From NCBI RefSeq assembly GCF_018350175.1, contig NC_058368.1:120902001-120966000 (forward strand): a DNA stretch of 64,000 bases, given 5' to 3'. Under the pieces are notes generated by a model. The model was not told the origin of the DNA, searched no databases, and worked only from the letters and a program-made list of their open reading frames with translations. Positions 51,957-63,162 of this stretch are shown piece by piece. Position 1 is the first letter of the stretch. Every line of letters begins with the position of its first letter. The position numbers and the translations under genes are program-made. This stretch comes from Felis catus (lineage: Eukaryota).

Positions 51957-52813
51957 AGAAAAGACACAGAAAAGACCTAATTTTTAAAATCTACTGGTTT
52001 TAATATTTTTGATGTTTGACTTTTGGGGGACAATGAGGTTTCCACCCTTGGTTTCTTTGAACTATAGAGTCTAAACTACAGAATATATAAAATTCTGTCC
52101 ACCATCCTTTTGTACTGTGTCTTGTTGTGATCAGAGAAGGTTGGAATTAGAGAAGCTATTGTGTAGTATTGGTGTATATAAAATCTTTGGTAAAATTCTC
52201 TCTCTGAATCAGGCCTAGAGGACTAAATTATTGCTGGTCTCCCATACATAGTGGATGCCATGTGGAAGAGAACTGTTCTCTGTCTTCTCTTAGTTTATCT
52301 TTGGGTCTTTGTGGGGTATAACTGCTAAGATGTGCAGCCTTAATACTGGTAATACCTTCAGCCATAAGGACACAACCCTCTTGGTTGCTAGTTGCATTCT
52401 GTGTGTTTTGTCTCTGTCAAAGTTTAATGGTCAGAATGCATCCTAGTAGACATTGATTCTCCTGTGTCCAGGACTCATGTTAGAGTCACTGCCATAATGA
52501 AGTTGGGGAACATAATCATCGTAACATGATAATAATTCACTAATGTGACCATTTGTCCAATGTAAGGTAATTGCAAAATTAAACTGAAAAGCATGCAGAA
52601 GATATAGAATTCTATGACATTAATTAACATGAAAGTGGAGAGCTAACTCCAGCATGTGGGGAAATATTATAAAAGGAGGGTGTGATGGGATAGTATCAAT
52701 TAAAATTAAAGAAAAGGAAAGAATTATATGTGCTTCAAATAGGATGATTTCAAGAAAAATGTTCAGGAGATATCTTGCTGAAAGTTGCAAAGACATCAAA
52801 AAAATTTTTTTGC

Positions 52814-53020
52814 GGTCACCTGGGTGGCTCAGTGGTTAAGTATCTGATTTCGGCTCAGCTCATGATCTCACAGTTTGTGAGTTCAAGCCCTGTGTTGAGC
52901 TCTGTGCTGACAGCTCAGAGACAGATCCTGCTTCAAATTCTGTGTCTCCCTCTCTGCCCCTTGCCTGCTCACACTTTCTCTCTCTCTCTCTCTCTCAAAA
53001 ATAAACATTAAAAAAAAATT
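52814..53020 (+). mobile_element. Can-SINE
   Basis: SINE body, (CT)n, A-tail; TSD aatttttt(t)gc. Confidence 0.93.
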
Positions 53021-53302
53021 TAATTTTTTGCAAAGATTTATAATTGTGAAGAAAGAATAAGCAAAAATGGAAAGTGTTCTACAGTAATGTCCTCAAGTTA
53101 TATTGGTAAAATTACACCAAAAACAAAAGACTATTTTTGCTTTGTTTATTATAAAAAGTACAAAGTTGAAAACAACATAAATTCAGACATATAAGACAAA
53201 CTTGTTTTCTTTTCAGTTCAGTTTCATTTTTCAACATAAAATCCCTAATCAAAGTATCTTTTTCTTTACTTGGTATGTACTATGAAATTTTGCTTAATTT
53301 AC

Positions 53303-53718
53303 ATCAGTCAGGGTCTTTGTTGTAAGGCAAAGGCACAGTGGTAATTGAGGAGAGTTTACTATTTACAAAGATCTGGAGAGGTTTTAGAGAAACTACCAAG
53401 GGAAAATATAGCACCCTGGGGCTAGCAGTAGTGGGAAGTCAGTTGGAAATCATTTACGTGAACTAAGAGATAGTAACTATATGGAGAGTGTCACCTTTGG
53501 TAGAGGCAGGAACACAGCCAACTCACAGTGAGGACACAGAGAGGAGCCAAGAAATAGTCTTGACTTCCCTCTCCTCCTGCCCTCTACTTTCCCACTAGTG
53601 CCTCCAAATGGCCAAAACTAATTGGATACCAGAGTGCAAAGATACCAGATTCTTAAGGCGCAGAGCAAGATGAGAGATGGAGAGTAGAGATTGTGAAAGC
53701 AAGTGGAAAATTCCAGCA
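53303..53718 (-). mobile_element. ERVL-type (LTR33-like) solo LTR relic
   Basis: tcagtcagggtc...actatttacaaag...caccctggggctagcagtag...ctctcctcctgccctc...gtgcctcc...ccagca. Confidence 0.55.
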
Positions 53719-53743
53719 TAGCTTTTGAAGTGGATTCACTTTA

Positions 53744-54292
53744 AATTTTTTTTACAAAAATTTTAACATTTATTTATTTTTGAGTGACGGAGAGAGACAG
53801 AACCTGAATGGGGCAGGGGGGAGGGGGCACAGAGAGAAAGGGAGACGCAGAATCCGAATCAGGATCCAGGCTCCCAGCTGTCAGCACAGAGCCTGACGTG
53901 GGGCTTGAACTCACAAACCGTGAGATCCTGACCTGAGCCAAAGTCTGACGCTTAACCAACTGAGCCATCCAAGTACCCTCCCCTTTTTTTATTTTTGTTG
54001 ACATTTATTCATTTTTGGGAGGCAGAGGCAGAGCATGAGCAAGGGAGGGGCACAGAGAGAAAGGGTAAATTTTTTTAATGTTTATTTGTATTTGAGAGAG
54101 ACAGAATGAGAGAGAGAGAGAGAGAATGAGAATGTGTGAGGAAGGGAGGAGCAGAAAAAGAGGCAGAATCCAAAGCAGCCTACAGACTGAGCTCTTAGCA
54201 CACAGCCCAATGCTGGGCTCTAACTCATGAACCATGAGACCATGACCTGAGTTGCAGTCTGATGCCTAACCACCTGAGCCACCCAGGTGCCC
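53744..54292 (-). mobile_element. Tandem Can-SINE array: full (53744-53981), 3' fragment (53983-54064), full (54070-54292)
   Basis: Three T-rich tails; outer TSD tgaagtggattcacttt (53726-53742) / tgaaatgaattaacttt (54293-54309). Confidence 0.9.
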
Positions 54293-55794
54293 TGAAATGA
54301 ATTAACTTTAAGTGGACTTTTTTTTAAGGATCTATTACCTTCAAATAAAGAAGATGGCTTTCTGTATTCAAGGAGTATTTGGCTAGCATAAGAGAATGGG
54401 ACTTTGAATGGCTTATTTAAGATGCATTTTAATGTAGGTCTAAATTAGCTTTTATAGTTACAATATGTACATTTACTGAACAATTACTGGCATGGTAATA
54501 TCCTGCAGAATTCCTCATACCCACTACTGCCCCATTACATCTCTACAGTTTGGTCTTTGAAAAGTTGACTTTCTGGAGCTATGTGTATAAGACTCAGTAT
54601 TTATACAAATTTCGTTCTAGAATATTTAATTTGGATCATTGTTTCAGTTTATTGTGATCTTTCTGGAGCCTGATATTTTATCATCTTTCTTATCAGCTGT
54701 TCCTCCTAGCTTTTTGGCACACTTAAGAATGATGAGGTGCTAATGATCATCAATTCATTGATAATAGTGCTATCTTGGGCATGCATGTGGATGGAGCCCT
54801 AAAGTGTAGTACTAAAGACTGTACAGCAGGATGGTAGAAATTCATAGTATATTTGGGTAGACTAAGTTGTGCTACAATAACAAGTTAACCCCACACATCT
54901 CAGTGAATTTGCACACCAAAGTTCATTTTTCACTTACGCTCCAAGCTTCCTCTGTGTACTTGTGCTCACAATTCGCTAACCAGTATTAGTTGTATGACCC
55001 CAACCTAGCTATATGGCATTTAAAAGTGTGGGGCAATACAAGAATATTTGGTGACATTAACTTTGAGATGCCGTCCTTTGACCAGTTTTGAATCAGTGAC
55101 GTTTTTGAATGTACAATTTTGAATTCATGTATATTTCTCCATCTTTTAATGACTTACTCATTGTCATTTATAGACTAACAATCATTAAGTGGATACTGTA
55201 TAATTTCAACTTTAGGACTATCCAGTCGGATAAGCAGTTTCATTTCCCTTTTACAGATGAGAAAAGTAAAGCTTAGAGATTGTCTTGACAAAGTATATAT
55301 AATCAACAAGCAGAGGAGAAAAGATTTAAACCAATCAATTCCAAACACACATATTGCTCCTTACTACCTGTCTATCTAATCTCTTGGCCAATAATGAAAT
55401 AAAAGAAAGGGTATGTCTCAGGTCAGATTGGAAATGAGATGAACTGATTTTTCATACTGTCCAGCAATTCTTTCTTCCTTTACACTCTGGTACCACATTC
55501 TCTTCCTTTTATTCATTTGCCCTAAGCTCTCATTCTCTTTCTCCATCAACTCCTCTCATAAGAAGATCTGAGAAGTCACTTACTTTAAAGTAAAAATGAC
55601 TGAATAACTTCTGTCTTTCATATTTGAGTTATTTATTAAAGACAGATTATTCTGCAACTAAAAAGAATATATCTCTAGCTATGAGATATCAAACCCCTTT
55701 AAAGGAGCTTATTTGAAAAAGGCATGTTATTGTTATCCCTAAAATTATATGTCTGCTAGCAGTGTGATGTTAAGGGACAATATAGTGTAATAGA

Positions 55795-55968
55795 GGGGCG
55801 TCTGGGTGGCTCAGTTGGTTAAGCATCCGACTTCGGCTCAGGTCATGATCTCACGGTTTGTAGGTATGAGCCTGGTGTCGGGCTCTGTGCTGACAGCTCA
55901 GAGTCTGGAGCCTGTTTCAGATTCTCTGTCTCCTTTTGTCTCTGCCCCTCCCCCACTCATGCTCTCTC

Positions 55969-56005
<37 letters not shown>

Positions 56006-56028
56006 AAAAATAAACAAACATTAAAAAA
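55795..56028 (+). mobile_element. Can-SINE inserted near the 5' end of a MIR
   Basis: TSD atagtgtaataga (55782-55794 / 56032-56044); MIR core cattttctcatctgtga follows at ~56137. Confidence 0.96.
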
Positions 56029-57785
56029 TACATAGTGTAATAGAATGAACTTTGAACTCAGCAGCTGAATTAAATCCTTGTTATACTTCTGGTATCTACA
56101 GGACCTTAAACAATTAATTTAAATTTCTGTGATCTTCATTTTCTCATCTGTGATATGAATTAAATATTGCCTACTTTATGTATCTTTGTGAAGATTAAAG
56201 AGGTACTGCACATAGTAAGTACTCAGAAATAATTAAGTGAATGAATGAGTGAGTGCATGAATGATGTCTATAATGTGCCCAGCAGAGTCTCTGTTCAGAA
56301 AAGGCAGTAAATACTTGTAAAGGTGAAGCTGGGGCCAGGGTAGGGTAGGTTAAGGGAAGAAAAGTTAGCAAATGGAGCCAAGTACAGAAACGAAAAAGTC
56401 TGCATTTCAATCCAAATCCATTTTTTACATTCTAGGTTTATGTGATATGAGAGTATAAGATCATTTATTTTGGAATCTATCCCCCAGAAATATCTATATA
56501 CATATTGTATGTCTTACTATCATAATACCTAAGGATAATTTGCTGTGATTGGGATGGTGTCCATAGTGGCATTGTGACTAGCCAGGACCCTTCCTTGAAA
56601 TCACTGGCCCTACCTGAGACATGTGACCAGGTAGAGTGGAAAATGACAGGAAATTCCAGTCAAGTTGTAGCCTCACTGGTTGACAATATGAACAGTGACG
56701 ATTCTTGGTCATTTTTACATTGCTGCAGTAACAACTCTTCTAAAATGTTGAATTGCAATAATGCAAGTTTTTTCTATAAATTTCATTTAAGAAATTATAG
56801 AAAACAGAAAAAGCAGGAGGATGCACCCAGGGGGATGTGGGGGATGTGATTGAGCATTTCTCCTTTTCTTTTAATCATTGTGCATTTCAGATATTTCAAA
56901 CCAGGAAATATTTCTGAATACCAAGGAAGTTTTGATATATGAATAAAAAAGTAACTATTTTGAAATATTTCTCTGACTTAAATTGTTAATTCATTTTAAC
57001 TTGCTTATTGGGTATAGCAGGTCATATCTGTATTAATGGTGAATTTATGTGATGGAATGGACTTTACAGAAAAGAAAATAGAAATTTCTCTTTTTTTCCC
57101 CCTTGTCAAACATTATATGAAAGTGTTTTCTCAGTCAGCTTAAGACAAGGCTATTTCCCAGGCTAAACGGGCAACTGTAGTGTCTCAAGAGTTTTCAATT
57201 GTGGTATAGCTCTAGAGAAAAACAGAAGATTGTATAAATTTGGAAATTATGTCTACTCCATATTGTTGAGTCTCTAAGAGATTCCAAGATACAGTTTCCA
57301 AGGAATGTCTAGATATTTTGGGGATATTTTAGGTATTTATATAAAATAGCCTCCTACTTCTTGTTCCTCTCTCTTGTGATAGCCTCTGCTTGACTCAAGA
57401 TGAAGGTCACTATCTGAATCACATAATAGCATGCTGCTTTTTATTCCCAACACCCCAGGTGGCTGATGGCATTTCCCCTCAAATCCCCCACAGAGTTTCA
57501 GAGCAGAAATAAAACCCCATGATAATTCTTATTCATGCTCGGTTGATCCTCCTCCTTTGATGCCCTGACCAATTTCTCAACCTGTTTCTATGCTGACCTC
57601 ATTACTTATTGACTTATTTCAAAAAGGAAACGGCAAATTTAGATTTTTTTCTTTAAATGTTATTTTTACCCACTTACAAAAGAAAAATATGCTCATTACA
57701 GACCATTTATAAAATGTGTTATTGTTTAGAATCAATAATAAAATCATAGACTATTATATTTTCTTAAAATATTTTTCCTCCGTAT

Positions 57786-57985
57786 CAGGATTTCTTTTTC
57801 AACCTCAGCATTGCTGACATTTCAGACGGAATAATTCTTTGTTTTTGAGGCATGTCCTGTGAATTCTAGAATGTTTATAGCATCCCTGACCTCCACTCAG
57901 CAGAGTAGAGATGCCGGCCAAAACTCCCTACCATCCATTGTAATAATCAAAATCTCTCTAGACGTTACCCCTTGTTGAGAACTAC
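57786..57985. mobile_element. MER20-like DNA transposon relic
   Basis: tcaacctcagcattgctgacattt...ataattctttg...agcatccctgacctccac...gttgagaactact. Confidence 0.75.
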
Positions 57986-58185
57986 TTCCTAGTATTAAAA
58001 CAATTAGAATTTCACTGTCTGTGCAATTTTATATTCTGCTTTTTAAGCTAACTTTGTATAGTGGAAAATTTTCTGTACCATGAAAGAGGCTTGAAATGGT
58101 GATTTATACAGGCTGAATTTTCTTGCATGGATGGATGGATGGGTAGGTAGATAGGTAGATAGATACATAAATCTAGCTAGCTGGA

Positions 58186-60603
58186 TTTATTTATTCATTT
58201 ACTCATTTATTTGAAGTATAGTTTACATACAATGTTACATTAAAGTGTACAACATAGTGTGACTCACAATTCTGTAGATTATGCATTGCTCACTGCATTA
58301 AGTGTACTTAACATCTATCACCACACCATGGGATTACAAAATTATTGACTATATTCCCTGTGCTGTACCTTTTATCCTTGTGACTTGTTTTACAGCAGGA
58401 AGTTTGTACCTCTTAATCCCCTTTACCAGTTTTGCTCATCTCTCCACTGCTCTCCCCTCTGGCAACCAGCAGTTTGTTACAAGTATTTATGGGTCTGTTT
58501 CTGTTTTTTGTTTTGGTTCATTTGTTTTGTTTCTTAGATCCCACATATAAGTGAAATCATATGGTATTTATCTTTATCTGGCTTATTTCATTTAACATAA
58601 TACTCTCTAGGTCCACTCATGTTGTCACAAATGGCAAGATGTCTTTCTTCTTTATGGGTGAGAAATATTCGTGTGTGTGTGTGTGTGTGTGTGTGTGTTC
58701 ACATCTTTATTCATCTATGAATGGACACTTGGGTTGCTTCCATATCTTAGCTGTTATAAATAATATTGCAATAAACATAAGGATGTATACATCTTTTTGA
58801 ATTAGTATTTACATTTTCTTTGGGTATATACTCAGTGGTGGAATTACTGGATGATATGGTATTTCTATTTTTAAGTTTTTGAGGAACATCCATACTGGTT
58901 TCCATAGTGGCTGCAGTTTACATTGCTACTGACAGTACACAAGGGTTTCCTTTTCTCTACATCCTTACCAACACCTATTTCTTGTCTTCTTGATACCAGT
59001 CATTCTGACTGATGCAAACGGATAACTCACTGATTTGGATTTCCCTGATGATTAGTGATGTTGAGTTTCTTTCCATGTGTTTGTTGGTAATCTGTATGTC
59101 TTCCCTGGAAAAATATCTATTCAGATACTCTCCCCATTTTTAAATTAGATTATTTGTGTCTTGGGTTGAGTTGTATGAGTTCTATATATATTTTGGAAAT
59201 TAAACCCTTACCAGATGTATCATTAGCAAATATTTTCCCCATTCAGTAGGTTGGCATTTTGTTTTGCTGATGGTTTCCTTTGCTCTACAAAACGTTTTTA
59301 TTTTGGCATAGTCCCAATAGATTTTTTTTCCACAGTTCGTGCTCACACAGGCCTGTGAATTAGTATAATTTTACTGATAATGACTTGGGTACTCAAAGAG
59401 GGCATTGGGCCTTTCCCAGGATCTTGCAGCTGGGTTTCAGGGGATTTGGGGCTCACATTTGGGCCTTCTGGTTCCCAGCCTAGTGCTCTTCTTGCTACAC
59501 CAGGCTGCTTAGGGACACCACTTATTGGGATACAGTAAATCAAGTTCAGAAGACAGATGCTTAAAAGGAAGTGAGTTGAAAGTCACTGGAGGAGGGTGTT
59601 AGGGAAGAAGAGGGCTTGGACAAGTCTCTGACCTTACCAAGGCTTGAGAGTGGGCTAAGCAAAGAGAAACTAGGGGTAAGATTGAGAAATGGTTTCATTA
59701 GCAGTGGAAGGAGAAGCCCAATAATTTATTTTTGCTTTTGTTTCACTTATCTCAGGAGATAGATACACAAAAATGTTGTTAAGGCTGACTCCAAGAGATT
59801 GGTGCCTATCTAATCTTTTAGTATTTTTATGGTTTCAGTTCTCAACATTTAGGTCTTCAATCCATTTTGAGTTTCTTTTTGTATATGGCATAAAAAAAGT
59901 GGTGCACTTTCATTCTTTTGCATGCAGCTATCCAGTTTTCCCAACACCATTTATTGAAGAGACTTTTTCCCATTGTATATTCTTGCATTCTTTGTCATAT
60001 ATTAATTGACCACATAAGCTTGAGTTTATTTCTGTGCTCCCTATTCTGTTCTATTAATCTATGTGTGTATTTTTGTGCCAGTATCATACTTTTTAGATTA
60101 TATAGCTTTGTGGTATACTTTGGCATCTGGGATTGTGATAGGTCCAGGTTTGTTCTTTCTCAGGGTTTCTTTGGCTATACAGGTGTTTAATAGTTCTATA
60201 GAAATTTTAAGATTATTCTCATTCTGTGAACAATGTAATTGGTATTTTGATAGGGATTGCATTGAATCTGTAGACTGCTTTGGGTAGTATGAAACATTTT
60301 AACAATATTAATTCTTCTCAATCTATGAACATGGTATATCTTTTCATTTGCTTGTGTCATCTTCAATTTTTTTAATAATGTCTCACAGTTTTTAGAATAG
60401 AGACCTTTCACCTCATTGGTTAAATTTTTTTCCTAGGTGTTTTATTCCTTTGATGGACGTGCATTTGAAATTGTTTTTTTTAATTTCTCTTTCTGCTACG
60501 TCATTATTAGCATATGAAATGCAACAGATTTCTGTACATTAATTTTGTATTCTTTAACGTTAGTGATTCATAAATTCTATTTTTTGGTATAGTCTTTAGG
60601 GGT
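58186..60603 (-). mobile_element. Older (carnivore-age) 5'-truncated L1, split by a ~400-bp insertion at 59321-59716
   Basis: 3'UTR at 58186-58560 then degraded ORF2 C-terminus; L1 sequence is continuous across the insertion; more diverged than the other L1s. Confidence 0.92.
59340..59508 (-). mobile_element. MIR fragment carried within the 59321-59716 insertion
   Basis: ctcacacaggcctgtgaattag...ttttactgataatgacttgggtactcaaagagg...tcccaggatcttgcagctg...gttcccagcctagtgctctt aligns by eye with the MIR reverse-strand core. Confidence 0.7.
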
Positions 60604-61010
60604 TTTATTTTTTATTTAAATCCAAGTTAGTTAACATATAGCGTAATAATGACTTCAGGAGAACTTAGAGATTCATTACTTATCTATAACACCCAGTGCT
60701 CATACCAATAAATGTCCTCCTTAATGCCCATCGCCCATTAAGCCCATTCCCTCACCCAACAACCCTCCAGCAACCCTCAGTTTGTTCTCTGTATTTAAGA
60801 GTCTCTTATGGTTTGTCTTCCTCCCTGTTTTTATCTTATTTTTTCTTCCCTTCCCCTTTGTTCATCTGTTTTGTTTCTTTAATTCCATATGAGTGAAATA
60901 ATTTGATATTAGTCTTTCTCTGACTTTTTTCGCTTAGCATAATACTCTAGTTCTCTCGATGTTGTTTCAAATGGCAAGATTTCATTATTTTTCATCACCA
61001 GTACTATTTC

Positions 61011-61012
<2 letters not shown>

Positions 61013-61066
<54 letters not shown>

Positions 61067-61108
61067 CACACACACACACCACATACACACACACACACAC
61101 ACACACAC
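61013..61108. repeat. Compound (TG)19(TA)8(CA)n microsatellite in L1
   Basis: Read directly from the sequence. Confidence 0.97.
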
Positions 61109-62938
61109 CACATCATCTTTATCCATTTGTCAGTGAGTGGCCATTTGGGCTCTTTCCATACTTTGGCTATTGTTGATAGTGCTGCTATAAACATTGGGAT
61201 ACAGCACTCCTATATCCTTTGGATAAATACCTAGTAGATCAGTTTCTGTGTCATAGGATAGTTTTAGTGTTAATTTTTTGAGAAACCTCCATACTGTTTT
61301 CCAGAGTGGCTGCACCAGTTTGCATTCCCAGCAGCAGTGCACAAGTGTTCTTTCTCTGTATCCTCTCCAACATCTGTTGTTGCCTGAGTTGTTCATTTCA
61401 GCCATCTGACTGGTGGGTATGAGGTGGTATCTCACTGTGGTTTTAATTTGTATTTTCCTGATGATGAGTGATGTTGAGCATCTTTTCATGTGTCTGTCCG
61501 CCATTGGGATGTCTTCTTTGGAAAAATGTCTATTCATGTCTTATGCCCATTTCTTCACTGGATTGTTTTTCTGGGTGTTGAGTTTGAGAGGTTCTTTATA
61601 GATTTTGGATACTAATCCTTTATCTGATATGTCATTTGCAAATATGTTCTCCCATTCCATCGATTGCCTTTTAGTTTTGTTGATTGTTTCCATCACTCTG
61701 CAGGTTTTATCTTGATGTGGTCCCAATAGTTGATTTTTGCTTTTCTTTACCCTGGATCTAGAAACATGTCAAGTAAGAGGTTGCTGTGTGACCCAAGTAA
61801 AAGATGTTGGTGCCTGTTTACTCCTCTAGGATTCTGATGGTTTCTTGTCTTACATTTAGGTTTTTCATCCATATCGAGTTTATTTTTGTGTTTGTAAGAA
61901 AGTAGTTCAGCTTCATTCTTCTGCATGTCGCTGTCCAGTTTCCCCAACACCATTTGCTGAAGAGACTGTCTTTCCTCAGTTGGGTATTTTTTTCCTACTT
62001 TGTCAAAGATGAGTTCTCCATATGTTTCTGGATCCATTTGTGGGTTCTCTGTTCTGTTCCATTGATCTATGTGTCTGTTTTTGTGCCAGTACCATATTGT
62101 CTTAACCATTACTGCTTTGTAATACAGCCTGAAGTTCTGAAATGTGATGCCTCCAGCTTTGGAGGCATTTTCAACATTACTTTGGCTATTCAGGGTCTTT
62201 TGTGCTTGCATCCAAATTCTAGAATTGTTTGTTCTAGCTCCGTGAAGAATACTGGTGTTATTTTGATAGGGATTGCACTGAATATGTAGACTGCCTTGAG
62301 TAGTATTGACATTTCTTCAATTTCTTTCATAAGCTTTCTATAGTTTTCAGTGTATAAAAAAATCTTTTACCTATTTGGTTAGGTTTATTCCTGAGTATTT
62401 AACAGTTTTTGGGTTCATTTGTAAATGGGATTAATTCCCTGATTTCTCTTTCTGCTGCTTCATTATTGGTGTATAGAAATGCAACCAGTTTCTGTACGTT
62501 GATTTTTATATCCTGTGACTTTGCTAAATTCATGGATCAGTTCTAGAAGTTTTTTGATGGATACTTGGGTTTTCTATGTAGAGTATCATGTCATCTGCAA
62601 AGAGTGAAAGTTTGACTTCTTCCTTGCCAGTTTCAATGCCTTGTATTTCTTTGTGTTGTCTGATTGCTGAGGCTAGGATTTCCAACTCTATGTTGAATAA
62701 CGGTGGTCAGAGTAGACATCCTGTTGTGTTCCTGATCTTAAGGGGAAAGTTCTCAGTTTTTCCCATTGAGGATTATATTACCTGTGGGCTTTTCATAAAT
62801 GGCTTTTATGATGTTTAGGTATGTTCCTTCTATGTTGACTTTCTTGAGGGTTTTTATTAAGAAAGGATGCTGTATTTTGTCAAGTGCTTTTTCTTCATCT
62901 ATTGAGGATATCATGTAGTTCTTATCCTTTCTCTTCTT

Positions 62939-63162
62939 TTTTTTTTTTAATTTTTTTTTCAACGTTTATTTATTTTTGGGACAGAGAGAGACAGAGCATG
63001 AACGGGGGAGGGGCAGAGAGAGAGGGAGACACAGAATCGGAAACAGGCTCCAGGCTCTGAGCCATCAGCCCAGAGCCCGACGCGGGGCTCGAACTCACGG
63101 ACCGTGAGATCGTGACCTGGCTGAAGTCGGACGCTTAACCGACTGCGCCACCCAGGCGCCCC
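62939..63162 (-). mobile_element. Young CpG-rich SINEC_Fc inserted in L1 ORF2
   Basis: Perfect TSD tatcctttctcttctt (62923-62938 / 63164-63179). Confidence 0.98.

Noticed and set aside
3642..56024. Many 60-116-aa ORFs with WVAQSV/SGSVLTAQSLEP/LSLSLS motifs
   Set aside because: Can-SINE read-through, not a gene family
2660..56255. Numerous additional faint MIR, L2, L1M and MER5-like fragments
   Set aside because: Visible by core motifs but too degraded to give reliable boundaries by eye; left for RepeatMasker
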